60,877 nt of DNA from a candidate division WOR-3 bacterium (GCA_965648905.1 CBFGIT010000018.1:1-60877); one strand, 5' to 3'; counted from the first letter of the stretch, positions 10,861 through 20,720 are shown. A program made the numbers and translations. Notes: a model not told the origin generated them from the letters alone.

Positions 10861-11802
10861 CTAGACCGCCAGTTGAGCACTCATCCGGTCGAGTTCGTCG
10901 GCGTTGAACACCTTGATGTGGTAGTGGGACGCAAACTGCTGGGCATCCTCGCTGAGTTTGGGCGACGCAACCAGAATAATGTCCTGGGCATTGACGTCGT
11001 AGGCCTTGGCGTAGAGCTTGATTACCTCTTCGGAATCGACCGCCTCATCGGCGTTGGCGAACCCGACAACGATTCGGTGTTCGAGCGGCCCGTTACGCTT
11101 CGTGGCAATCAAGTCAATCTTGTGCTCGGCCCCGGACCGGCCCACGGTCTGAACCGAGTCCCGCACCTCGTAACCCTCCCGCGCCAGAAACTCCTGAACC
11201 CGTGCCTTGGGAATCCGCTCGACCCGGAGTTTGGACAATTGGGTATGATTCGGTACGTAGGCGTACAACAGAAGTTCACGGACGTCGCCCTTGGCATAGT
11301 TCCGCTGACAGGCCCGGCAGGTCCAGCGCTCGTCGGGCTGCTCGATGACCGTGTCGCACTCAAGGCAGTGATAGCGCAGTCCTGGGCTGGAGTAGTCATT
11401 ACCAATCAGCACCAGTTCCACCCGACACTTGGGACAGACCCTGGTCCCATTCTTCAGGAAATCGTCCTCGCCGCCCACGTAGCCGCAGTTTCTATGTTCG
11501 AGCACGCGTTGACGGGCGATGTGAGCCGACTGGCACTTCGGGCAGACGGTGGTGAGTTTCAGGTCCTGAGAATTACAGGCCGGGCAGAAAAAGACCTTGT
11601 CCCAGAACTTGCGCGTCAGATAGCCCAGTCGGGTCAGGTCATCAAGCAGTTGGACCGAGTAGTCCGGGTCTGCGCCCAGCTCGCGCTCAATCAGCGGATA
11701 GCTGACCCAACTGTCTCGCCGGGGGGCGAACACCGGCTCAAGGCCGGCGCGGTTTCTTTCCAGTAGTTCAAATAGTCTTATGACCTTTGGGTCACTCAGC
11801 AC
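10861..11802 (-). CDS. TackOD1-like multi-CxxC zinc-ribbon protein with C-terminal Mrr/PD-(D/E)XK-like domain
   Basis: CPAC, CPKC, HRNC, CPKC, CLEC, CRAC; GRSGAEHKIDLIA; SD GGAGG 7 nt before GTG 11802. Confidence 0.75.
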   Translation of the reverse strand: MLSDPKVIRLFELLERNRAGLEPVFAPRRDSWVSYPLIERELGADPDYSVQLLDDLTRLGYLTRKFWDKVFFCPACNSQDLKLTTVCPKCQSAHIARQRVLEHRNCGYVGGEDDFLKNGTRVCPKCRVELVLIGNDYSSPGLRYHCLECDTVIEQPDERWTCRACQRNYAKGDVRELLLYAYVPNHTQLSKLRVERIPKARVQEFLAREGYEVRDSVQTVGRSGAEHKIDLIATKRNGPLEHRIVVGFANADEAVDSEEVIKLYAKAYDVNAQDIILVASPKLSEDAQQFASHYHIKVFNADELDRMSAQLAV

Positions 11803-11831
11803 CAGATAGCCTCCGTTTGGCTTGGTCAAAT

Positions 11832-11859
11832 AGTATAGCGTTCAGGTCGGCCTCGTCAA
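11832..11859 (-). promoter_or_regulatory. sigma70-like promoter
   Basis: TTGACG-N16-TATACT. Confidence 0.7.
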
Positions 11860-11892
11860 CGATAACCTCGCACTCACGCCCTGCTGCTTCGC

Positions 11893-12582
11893 TCACGTCG
11901 GTCCCTCGGGTCGCAGGACGACAATCGGCGTCAACTCCCCGCCCTGACCGGCCGGGTTGTCGCCCATCGCCTCTTCCACCAACCTTGCGTCCAGCCCACG
12001 CGACGCTCCGACCACGGTGCAGCCGAAGATGTCGTTCGCGTCAACAATCGCGACCTCACAGCCAAGCACGTCCGCCAGCTCCTGGGCTACCCGGTCCGGC
12101 TCAGCCGGGCCCAGAATGACGCATTCGTAGAACTCCGCGACGCCCGACGTGTGAGCCGCGTCGATCATCGCGACCTGCTTACCAGCAACCCGGTAGAAGT
12201 CACCGCTTCTTCCCCGCAGCTTGCCCCAGGCCCCGGCCAGTGCCGCCCGGATGATTCTTGGCGCTCCGACTTCCTCAATCGCACACTGCATCGACCACGG
12301 GCTTCTGAGACCGATACCATACGGCACCTTCTTGACGAAACGCCACAGCACCGTTGCCCAGAACCCGGGTCGGATTCTTGTCACCGGGATGGCGCGTCCC
12401 TGCATGGCGGCAACCGGGCTCTCGGCGACCGTCACGATGTCTCCCGGCTGCAGCACGGGCCGGGCATACCGCTCTACGGTCTCGACCAGCGGGTCTTGCT
12501 CCAGGAGCACATGAGTCTTGACGGCAACGCGGCGAATCGCCCGACCCCGAACCACGACAACCGGCGGCTTCTCTCTGGGCAT
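11893..12582 (-). CDS. Coenzyme F420-0:L-glutamate ligase (CofE)-related protein
   Basis: VKTH, GDIVTVAESPVAAMQGR, AIVDANDIFG, DNPAGQGGELTPIVV. Confidence 0.8.
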   Translation of the reverse strand: MPREKPPVVVVRGRAIRRVAVKTHVLLEQDPLVETVERYARPVLQPGDIVTVAESPVAAMQGRAIPVTRIRPGFWATVLWRFVKKVPYGIGLRSPWSMQCAIEEVGAPRIIRAALAGAWGKLRGRSGDFYRVAGKQVAMIDAAHTSGVAEFYECVILGPAEPDRVAQELADVLGCEVAIVDANDIFGCTVVGASRGLDARLVEEAMGDNPAGQGGELTPIVVLRPEGPT

Positions 12583-12588
12583 CGGCCA

Positions 12589-12616
12589 ACACTAGCAATT
12601 CCCGGCCGGAAATCAA
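12589..12616 (-). promoter_or_regulatory. Promoter giving a probable leaderless cofE-like mRNA
   Basis: TTGATT-N16-TAGTGT, ATG 6 nt downstream, no SD. Confidence 0.6.
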
Positions 12617-12631
12617 ACCTGACGTTCGGAC

Positions 12632-12659
12632 TTTACACCCCGGTCGGTTGGCTTATGAT
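12632..12659 (+). promoter_or_regulatory. murJ promoter
   Basis: TTTACA-N16-TATGAT. Confidence 0.6.
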
Positions 12660-12664
12660 TAGCA

Positions 12665-14278
12665 GTCGAGCATCAATCTCCAGAGACCCGGTTCACCCGC
12701 CGCGTCGGGTCGTTCACGGTCGGCACCCTGGTCTCGCGCATCCTGGGTGTGGTTCGCGAGTCGGTTTTCGCCTACCTGTTCGGCGCCGGTCTCGCCACCG
12801 ATGCGTTCAACGTCGCTTTCCGCATTCCCAACTTCCTGCGCGACCTGTTCGCCGAAAGCGCGCTCTCGGCCGCATTCGTGCCCGCGTTTGTCGAGAGCCT
12901 GAAGAACCAGGACCGCGAGCACACCTGGCGGTTTGCGTCGAACATGCTCAACGTCATCGCGCTCGTGACCGCGGGCCTAGCTCTGCTTGGAATGCTCGGC
13001 GCTCCGGCGATTGTCCGGCTGATTGCCGCAGGGTTTGCGGCGGAACCGACCAAGCTGGCCCTGACCACGGCGCTAACGCGCATCATGTTCCCGTTTCTCT
13101 TCTGGGTCGCGCTCGCCGCCTGGGCGATGGGTGTGCTCAACGCCTGCGGAGTGTTCTTTGTACCCGCAATTGCGCCGGCCGCGTTCAACGTCTTCTCAAT
13201 CGTCGTCCCGGTGCTTACTTTCGGCCTGTTCCGCGCGCGCGGACTTGACCCGATTCACGGCATGGCCTGGGGAGTGCTGGCCGGCGCTTTGGCCCAGTTC
13301 GCGGTCCAGGTCCCAAGTCTGGGCCGGCAGGGGTTTCGCTACCATGCCGTGGTCGACTTTCGCGCGCCCGAACTGGTCCGCGTTTTCCGACGCTGGCTGC
13401 CAATGGTTCTCGGCTTCGCAACCTGGCAGGTCAACTTCCTCGTCAATACCTTTCTGCTGACGTTCCTTCCCGAGGGATCGGTGACCTGGGTGAACTATGC
13501 CTATCGGATTCAACATCTGCCTGCCGGCCTGTTCGGTGCTGCAATCGGCTCGGTCGCCCTGGCCGAGTACTCGCACGGCATCAACCACGCCGACCGCACT
13601 GCCCTGCAGACCCGGTTTCGCCACGCCCTGTCATTGGTCTCGATACTGACCCTGCCGGCCGCGGCTCTGCTCATCGCACTCGCGGTTCCGGTTACCCGCC
13701 TGGTCTACGAACACGGAGCGTTCGGCCCGGCCGACACCACCTGCACGGCCCAGGCGCTTGCCCTCTACTGCCTGGGAATCTGGGCCGCCGCGGCAACGCG
13801 CAACGTCGCTGCCGGGTTCTATGCGACCGGCGACACCCGCACACCTGCGCTGATCGCGCTCGGTGTTGTCAGCGCGAACATCGCGCTCAATCTCGTACTC
13901 ATGCGCATCATCGGCTTCCGGTCGTTCCCGCTGGCTGCGTCCGTGACTCAAACCGGCAACTTTGTGATTCTCCTGCTGATTATGCGGCAGCGAACCCCTG
14001 GGCTGGCTATCGGCCACCTGGCACGACAGACCGGTCTGACCCTGCTGGCCGCGCTTGTGGCCGGAACCGGAGCATGGCTTGCGGCAGCCGCCGGTCAGAC
14101 GCTGTTCCCCTCGCGCCATCTGCTGGTCGAGGCCCTGCAGGTTGTCGGTGCCGGTGGTCTCGGGCTGGTGGTGTACTACCTGGTTGCCCGGCTGCTCGGT
14201 CTGGCCGAAGTCGACCGGGCCCTGCGCGACGTCATCGCCCCCTTGCAGTCCCGCAGGTCGGCGCGGCGTCAGCCGTGA
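12665..14278 (+). CDS. murJ: Lipid II flippase MurJ (start uncertain, see findings)
   Basis: TLVSRILGVVRE, DAFNVAFRIPNFLRDLFAE, YAYRIQHLPAG, FYATGDTRTP. Confidence 0.93.
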   Translation, partial: VEHQSPETRFTRRVGSFTVGTLVSRILGVVRESVFAYLFGAGLATDAFNVAFRIPNFLRDLFAESALSAAFVPAFVESLKNQDREHTWRFASNMLNVIALVTAGLALLGMLGAPAIVRLIAAGFAAEPTKLALTTALTRIMFPFLFWVALAAWAMGVLNACGVFFVPAIAPAAFNVFSIVVPVLTFGLFRARGLDPIHGMAWGVLAGALAQFAVQVPSLGRQGFRYHAVVDFRAPELVRVFRRWLPMVLGFATWQVNFLVNTFLLTFLPEGSVTWVNYAYRIQHLPAGLFGAAIGSVALAEYSHGINHADRTALQTRFRHALSLVSILTLPAAALLIALAVPVTRLVYEHGAFGPADTTCTAQALALYCLGIWAAAATRNVAAGFYATGDTRTPALIALGVVSANIALNLVLMRIIGFRSFPLAASVTQTGNFVILLLIMRQRTPGLAIGHLARQTGLTLLAALVAGTGAWLAAAAGQTLFPSRHLLVEALQVVGAGGLGLVVYYLVARLLGLAEVDRALRDVIAPLQSRRSARRQP

Positions 14279-14299
14279 ACCAACCAAGACCGGCTGGCC

Positions 14300-14327
14300 T
14301 TGACTTACGGTCCGCCCGTCCTACAAT
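14300..14327 (+). promoter_or_regulatory. sigma70-like promoter
   Basis: TTGACT-N16-TACAAT; GTG 8 nt downstream. Confidence 0.7.
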
Positions 14328-14335
14328 GGCAGGCT

Positions 14336-15445
14336 GTGTCTACTGCTACAACTGACCTGACCGGCTGTATCCAGTGCGGCCGGTGTTCGGGCGGATGCCC
14401 GGTATCGATGAAGTCAAACTTGAACCCACGGCGCCTGGTCTACTGCGTTCTCAACGAGCTCGAGCGCACGTTGACCGCGGACGAACTGGGCCTGTGGGAA
14501 TGTACGACCTGCACCACCTGCACCGAACGCTGCCCCAAGGCCGTGCGTCCCGCTGATTTGGTGGTCGAGCTGCGCTCGCGCGTGGTCGAGTCCGGCCGGA
14601 TGACAACCCAGATTCAGTCGGCGCTCGAGAGCACGTACGTCCAAGGCAATCCCTGGGGCCGGGCCCGGGAAAGGCGACTCGACTGGGCCCAGGGGCTTGA
14701 CCTTCCGATTGCCGAACCAGGCCAGACCGTTGACGTCTTGCTCTTTGTCTGCTGCACCAGTGCCTATGACCAGCGCTGCCAGGAGTCGGCTCGTGCTTTG
14801 GTTCGGGTGCTGCGGGCATCGGGCATCAGCTTTGGCGTCATCGGCGAAGAGGAGACCTGTTGTTCGAGCGAACAGCGTCGGATGGGCGAGTTCGGCATGT
14901 TCGAAGAGCTGGCCCAGTCCAACACGCGCGCCATCCTCGAACGCCGGCCCGGCCGCGTGGTCACGCTCTCGCCCCACTGCTTCAACGCATTCAAGAAGGA
15001 CTATCCTGACCTGAAAGTGCCGGTTCTGCACTACACCCAGCTTCTTGCCGAGCTGCTCGAAACCGGCAGACTGGTCTTGCGTCGGAGTCTGGAAGAAGTG
15101 GTCACCTATCACGACCCCTGCTACCTGGGCAAACAGAACAAGGTCTTCGAGCCGCCCCGGCAGGTCCTGCGTGCACTGGCTCATGACCGGTTTGTCGAGT
15201 TCGACCGCTCGGCCGAGACGAGTCTCTGCTGTGAAGGCGGTGGCGGCCGGATGTGGAGCGAGTCCGCGGGTGCAGGCCGACTCGCCGAAACCAGAGTCAC
15301 CGATGCGCTTGACCTCTCGGCAACCGTGCTTGCTACTGCCTGCCCGTTCTGCGTGCTGACCCTCGAAGACGCGGTCAAGACCACGAACAGTGAGACCCGC
15401 ATCAGGATTCGCGACCTGGCCGAGCTGACCGCCGAAGCCATCTAG
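14336..15445 (+). CDS. Fe-S oxidoreductase, HdrD/GlpC-like (two 4Fe-4S plus two CCG domains)
   Basis: CIQCGRCSGGCP, CTTCTTCTERCP, ETCC, PHC, TYHDPCYLG, CCEGGGG, TACPFC. Confidence 0.9.
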   Translation: MSTATTDLTGCIQCGRCSGGCPVSMKSNLNPRRLVYCVLNELERTLTADELGLWECTTCTTCTERCPKAVRPADLVVELRSRVVESGRMTTQIQSALESTYVQGNPWGRARERRLDWAQGLDLPIAEPGQTVDVLLFVCCTSAYDQRCQESARALVRVLRASGISFGVIGEEETCCSSEQRRMGEFGMFEELAQSNTRAILERRPGRVVTLSPHCFNAFKKDYPDLKVPVLHYTQLLAELLETGRLVLRRSLEEVVTYHDPCYLGKQNKVFEPPRQVLRALAHDRFVEFDRSAETSLCCEGGGGRMWSESAGAGRLAETRVTDALDLSATVLATACPFCVLTLEDAVKTTNSETRIRIRDLAELTAEAI

Positions 15446-15478
15446 TCCACCATCAGCGCCATCCCGGGTCCTGCCGCC

Positions 15479-17488
15479 GTGCGACTGACAACACCGATTC
15501 TGCTGGTCCTTCTGCTGACCGGTTGCAGCGACGTCGAAGCCGGTCGCACCGGCCTGTTTGACCTGCCGTCACCGGACAGCATCTCGAACTACCAAGCCCC
15601 GGCCAGCACCCGGATTCTCGACTGCCAGGGTCGGCTCATCGCCGACCTGTTCCAGGAGAAACGGCGGCCGGTGGCACTGGAGAGCATCCCCTACTGCCTG
15701 CGCGCTGCGGTCATCGCGGTCGAAGACCGGCGCTTCTATTCGCATTGGGGTCTGGACGTAGTCCGGGTTCCCGGTGCCCTGTGGGGCGCGCTCCGCCGGG
15801 CCGGGGACTTCAAGGGCACCTCGACGATTACCCAGCAACTGGCCCGCTCGATGTTCCTGACGCCCGAGCGCTCGCTCCGCCGCAAGGCCAAGGAAGCCCT
15901 GCTCGCGGTCGAACTCGAACGCCGTTACTCCAAAGAGGAAATCCTCGAGCTCTACTTCAATCAGGTCTGGTTCGGCGGCTCGGTCTACGGCGTGCAGGCG
16001 GCCGCGGAAAAGTACTTCGGCAGGAACGTCAGCCAGTTGACCCCGGTCGAATGCGCCACGCTCGGTGCGATGCTCGCCAACCCGTCAGCCTACTCGCCCT
16101 ACTACCATCCGGACCGGCTGCTGCAACGCCGCAACTTCTTCCTGGGCAAGATGAAACGGCTCGGCTTGCTGAGCGCGGAAGACTACGAGGCCGCGGTCTC
16201 TCTGCCCCTGACTGTGCTGCCGCTCGGCTCAGGCCGCAACGAAGCGCCCTACTTCGTCGAGGTAGTCCGCCGCTATCTGGTCGAGCGCTATGGCACCGAC
16301 TTTGTCTACCGGTCCGGCTCGGTCGTCTACACGACGCTCGACCTCGACCTGCAACGCAAGGCCAACGAAGTCATTGAGGCAGGCTGCACCACGATTGAGC
16401 GCGACTACAAGCTGAAAACGACCAAGGCCCGCTACGACTCGGCCGCCCTGCGCGACTCGAACCTGCCGCCCCCCAGCTACCTCCAGGCCGCGCTCGTGGC
16501 AATGGAAACGAGAACCGGGTACGTGCGCGCCTTCGTCGGCGGCCGCGACTTCCGACGCTCGGAATTCGACCGCGTGACTCAGGCCGAACGTCAGGCCGGC
16601 TCAACCTTCAAGCCGTTCGTCTATGTTGCGGCGATTGACCAGGGCATGACCGCGGCCGATGTTGAGGACGACGCTCCGGTCAGCATCCCGATTGCCGGTC
16701 AGCCCGCCTACTCACCGCGCAACTACGATGGCAAGTTCCTGGGTCGCATGTCCCTGCGCCGGGCTCTGGCCCTGTCCCGCAACGTCGTTGCGGTCAAGCT
16801 TGCCCAGCGGCTCGGGCCCCAACTTGTCGCCCAGTATGCCAATCTGATGGGCATCACCAAACGACTGCCCCCCTACTACTCGCTGGCGCTCGGCTCGGTC
16901 GAAGTAACGCTCATGGAACTGACCACGGCGCTCAACACGCTGGCCAACTCCGGGCTTCGGGTCAGGCCGATACTGGTCCAGAAAGTCACTGATGCCCGCG
17001 GCATGGTCCTCGAGGAAAGCCGTCCGGACGCGGTCCGGGTGCTCCAGCCGACCACGGCCTATGTCGTCACCAGTATGCTCCAGAGTGTAGTAGACGAAGG
17101 CACGGCCACGGCGATTCGACGCGTCGGTTACACTGGTCCGGCCGCAGGCAAGACCGGCACAACCGACGACTACACCGACAACTGGTTTGTCGGCTTCACA
17201 CCCGAGCTCGCCTGCGGCATCTGGGTCGGCTATGACCAGCGCCGCCCGGTCTTCAAGGGCGCAACCGGTGGAGTCGTCTGCGCGCCGATGTGGGGCGAGT
17301 TCATGAAGGCGGCGAAACCCGACTCAGCCACAATCGACAGCTTCCCGGTCCCGGACCGGATTCTCAGTCTGCCGGTCTGTGAGCTGTCAGGCAAACTCGC
17401 GACCCCGACCTGCCCGCGTGTCCGCTACGAGGTGTTCGTCCTCGGAACCGAGCCCCGCCGGTCATGTCCGCTGCACGGACAGCCCTGA
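15479..17488 (+). CDS. Class A penicillin-binding protein (PBP1A family)
   Basis: EDRRFYSH, STITQQLAR, RKAKE, ELYFN; STFK, SRN, KTGT. Confidence 0.95.
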   Translation: MRLTTPILLVLLLTGCSDVEAGRTGLFDLPSPDSISNYQAPASTRILDCQGRLIADLFQEKRRPVALESIPYCLRAAVIAVEDRRFYSHWGLDVVRVPGALWGALRRAGDFKGTSTITQQLARSMFLTPERSLRRKAKEALLAVELERRYSKEEILELYFNQVWFGGSVYGVQAAAEKYFGRNVSQLTPVECATLGAMLANPSAYSPYYHPDRLLQRRNFFLGKMKRLGLLSAEDYEAAVSLPLTVLPLGSGRNEAPYFVEVVRRYLVERYGTDFVYRSGSVVYTTLDLDLQRKANEVIEAGCTTIERDYKLKTTKARYDSAALRDSNLPPPSYLQAALVAMETRTGYVRAFVGGRDFRRSEFDRVTQAERQAGSTFKPFVYVAAIDQGMTAADVEDDAPVSIPIAGQPAYSPRNYDGKFLGRMSLRRALALSRNVVAVKLAQRLGPQLVAQYANLMGITKRLPPYYSLALGSVEVTLMELTTALNTLANSGLRVRPILVQKVTDARGMVLEESRPDAVRVLQPTTAYVVTSMLQSVVDEGTATAIRRVGYTGPAAGKTGTTDDYTDNWFVGFTPELACGIWVGYDQRRPVFKGATGGVVCAPMWGEFMKAAKPDSATIDSFPVPDRILSLPVCELSGKLATPTCPRVRYEVFVLGTEPRRSCPLHGQP

Positions 17489-18156
17489 CAAAGCGCACAA
17501 GCGCAACTCCAACCATTCCGGCCCGTCCCGGCGACCGTTCTTCGCTCAGGCTCATCTTCGAGCGGCTCTATCGTGCATTCGGCCCGCAGAACTGGTGGCC
17601 GGCCGACACCGCGCTCGAGGTCGCGGTTGGAGCCGTTCTGACCCAGAATGCTTCCTGGACCGCGGTCGAGCGAGCCATTGCCCGACTCAAAGCTCAGCGC
17701 ATGCTCGGTCTGGAACAACTGGCCCGGCTCTCCCCTGCTGAACTCGCGCCGCTCATCAGGCCAGCCGGGCTTTATCGCGTCAAAGCTAGCCGTCTGTACG
17801 CGCTCCTTCAGTATCTCGCCGGTCAAGGCGGCTTTGCCGGACTGCGACGCAAGAAGACTGCCATCCTGCGCGAAGAACTGCTCGTTCTCCACGGCATCGG
17901 TCCTGAGACCGCGGATTCCATCCTGCTCTATGCCCTGAACCGGCCGGTCTTTGTGATTGACGCCTACACCCGGCGCATCCTCGCCCGGTACGGGCTCATC
18001 CGGGGTGGCGAGCCGTACGACGCACTGCGCCAGTGGTTCCAGACTGCCCTACCTTCTGACGCGCAACTCTACAACGAATACCACGCGCTCCTGGTCAAGC
18101 TGGCCAAGACCTGCTGCCGCTCCCGACCGCTCTGCTCAAGCTGCCCCCTGACATAG
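17464..18156 (+). CDS. HhH-GPD / endonuclease III-related DNA glycosylase
   Basis: FGPQNWWP, AVLTQN, LHGIGPETADSILLYA, VIDAYTRR, CCRSRPLCSSCP; start uncertain (ATG 17464 or CTG 17485). Confidence 0.88.
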   Translation: MSAARTALTKRTSATPTIPARPGDRSSLRLIFERLYRAFGPQNWWPADTALEVAVGAVLTQNASWTAVERAIARLKAQRMLGLEQLARLSPAELAPLIRPAGLYRVKASRLYALLQYLAGQGGFAGLRRKKTAILREELLVLHGIGPETADSILLYALNRPVFVIDAYTRRILARYGLIRGGEPYDALRQWFQTALPSDAQLYNEYHALLVKLAKTCCRSRPLCSSCPLT

Positions 18157-18560
18157 CCACCGCGGCAGACCCTGCCCGCCTGCCCGACCGCGCCACTGAG
18201 GCCGGGAGTTCTGGCTCGGTGGACACAGAGCTTGTCTGAAGACTGGCCCGCATCGGTCTGAGTCTTGACGGCGTCTGTGCTGTCGAATGCCGTCACCCGC
18301 ACCGCCTGCTCTTCCGACCTTGCCAACCAGAGGTAACTGACCGATGCCATCACTGCCCTGTGACCAGAACCAGACACGACACCAATCAGCCGTGTCGAAA
18401 GGGCAGTCGGAACAATGAAAGACGCCTGAAAACGCTTCCTTTCGCTCAGGGGCAACAAGACTACTATCGACGCAGTTTTCGCTGCGGCTTCAACTGCGCT
18501 TTGGCGTACCCGTGTTTGCCGCCGTCTCCGCGGTTGTGGCTGGACCGCCTACTTCATAGT

Positions 18561-18589
18561 TTGACCACCGAGGCGAGCACCGCTATCAT
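18561..18589 (+). promoter_or_regulatory. Promoter of the selenoprotein gene
   Basis: TTGACC-N17-TATCAT. Confidence 0.6.
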
Positions 18590-18639
18590 TACTGGTCGAG
18601 GCAGACAAAGAGCGTCCGAAACCAATCAGCGGAGGACAC

Positions 18640-20427
18640 ATGAAGCTGAACAGACTCCTGCTCGTGCTGATTCTAGGGCTGCCCGCGGTTCTGACCGCCA
18701 CGCAGCGCGTGATGGTGAACGAGGAGTTCACCAGGGTCCAGGGCTGACCCTATTGCCCTGGCGCAGCCCGTGGGCTGTGGGAGCTGCAGGATGCAGCTTT
18801 CGATTCGGTTGTGACAATCGGCTATCACTCTGGTGACCTGTACCAGAACGCGTCCGCAACCGCCCGGTTCTCTTTCTACGGCGTGACCGGCACGCCGACG
18901 GTGAAGCTCGATGGCGACTTCGGCGTGGTCGGAGGGTTGACCAATGGTACGATGTATCCGATCTACCGGCGCTATTTCGACCAGCACAAGAGCGTGCCGA
19001 GCCCGCTCGATATCGACCTTGAGTGTACCTACGATTCGACGACACGGCAGGGCCGGCTCGACATCAAGGTGAAGAACACAACCTCAAGCGCGGTTTCCGG
19101 GCAGTTGCAGGTAGCCCTGTGTGAAAGTCACCTGTACTATGTCTGGTACGGCCTGGACAGCGTGCACCACGTCGAGCGGGCCATGTTGCCCAGCGCATCC
19201 GGCGAGGCGATAACCGTGCCGGCGAACGACTCGATCAGCAGGACCCGCGACTACACGGTTGACCCGTCGTGGGTGGCGAGGAATTGCGAGCTTGTCGTAT
19301 TCGTGCAGAACAACGCCAGCAAAGCGATGTACCAGGGGGCGCGCATCGGCGTGTACCAGGAACCGGCGCTGGCGTACCGTGGCTACCAGGAGGCGTTTCC
19401 CCGGCCCGGAGGAAGCGCGAACCTTACCGTGGGCCTGCGCAACATCGGTTCCGGCACAGCGCAGGACGTCGCCGCGGTCCTCACCACGGCCGACCCCTAC
19501 GTGTCGGTGACGAACGGCAATGCGAACTTCGGCAGCATCAACATCGGCGCCGACGTGTATGGTCAGACGCCATTTGTCGTCAACGTCGCGAGCAACTGCC
19601 CGGACGGACACGTAGCGACCATGAATCTTGCCGTCACGGCAGCGAACGGCTACTCGGCGAGCTTGAGCTTCCCGTTGCAGGCGACCGCCAACGTTGGTTT
19701 CACGGACGACATGGAGAGCGGCGACAACGGCTGGACCCACTCGGGCACGGGCGACAACTGGCACCAGACCACACACCGCAGCCAGTCGCCTACTCACGCC
19801 TGGTACTGCGGCAACGAAGGAACGTGGCGCTACTCTGACCAGACCGACATGCGCCTTGTTTCCCCGTGGTTCACGGTTGGTGATTCGGCCACGCTGGAGT
19901 TTGACCACTGGTACGCCACCGAGGTGGACTACGACTATATGTACGTCGACGTGAACAACGGTTCGCGGTTCTGGTGGACCTTGGCCGTCTACAATGGCTC
20001 AAGCGGCTCCTGGCAACGCCAGACTTACCCGCTCGGCCAGTACGCCGGCCAGACCCTGCGCTGCCGGTGGCGCTTCGTGTCAGACTACAATACCAATGAC
20101 GAAGGCTGGTACGTGGACAACGTCTCGGTGACGCCCTATACGACCGGCGTTGAAGAACCGGGCGCCGGGCTGAGGGGCGCGAAGGTTGCAGCCCGGACTT
20201 TGGCTAAGGACAGGGTAGAACTGGCCTATTCCGTGCCCGCGGGCCGAACCGCTGACCTGACAATCTACGATGCCGATGGACGGTTGGTTGCCCGTCCCGG
20301 CAGCAGACTCGAGGGCGCAGGAACGGCGACGTGGAGCCCGGGCCGGGAAGTCGGGTCCGGCACCTACTTTGTGCGGCTGACGGGCGCGGGCGCGAACCCG
20401 GTCGTCAAGTTCGTCGTCGTCAGGTAG
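18640..20427 (+). CDS. Omp28-related thioredoxin-fold secreted selenoprotein (UPYC; Sec at codon 36) with Ig-like, jelly-roll and T9SS-type CTD; 595 aa
   Basis: SD GGAGG and ATG 18640, signal peptide, RVMVNEEFTRVQG-TGA(18745)-PYC in frame with the 18811 ORF; IGYH, FYGVTGTPTVKLDG, HHVER, VVFVQ; ends GTYFVRL..KFVVVR. Confidence 0.85.
18762..18779 (+). promoter_or_regulatory. Bacterial SECIS-like hairpin
   Basis: CGCAGCC-CGUG-GGCUGUG; loop follows the UGA after 21 nt, G at loop position 2. Confidence 0.7.
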
Positions 20428-20446
20428 CAGGAGACAAACAGCGACA

Positions 20447-20473
20447 CCAAGGGGCGCCGTAGGCGCCCCTTGG
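20447..20473 (+). terminator. Stem-loop after the selenoprotein gene
   Basis: CCAAGGGGCGCC-GTA-GGCGCCCCTTGG, no U-tract. Confidence 0.6.
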
Positions 20474-20720
20474 CTGCGCAATACGTTGTGACGACCAGAA
20501 GGGCATCTACAAAGGATGGGTGTTTGCGAGTAGGTGTTGTGGTGCCCCAGTTGATTTCTGGCAACCGCGTGTGATGCGGCTGAGTCCACACCTAGCGTAA
20601 GCCCCCGAAAGGACAATCCACCAGCCCGGGCGTGTTCAGGCGATTCGGCTTCACAACACTGGTTTACATATACTGTAACCCCTGGGCAACCAGAACTTCA
20701 GCCCAACCGGTTGGCGTACA

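Noticed and set aside
18400..18520. tmRNA or tRNA
   Set aside because: No tRNA-like ends, T-arm or tag peptide recognised
20475..20720. Riboswitch or mobile-element remnant in a lower-GC spacer
   Set aside because: No recognisable aptamer consensus, terminal repeats or transposase fragment
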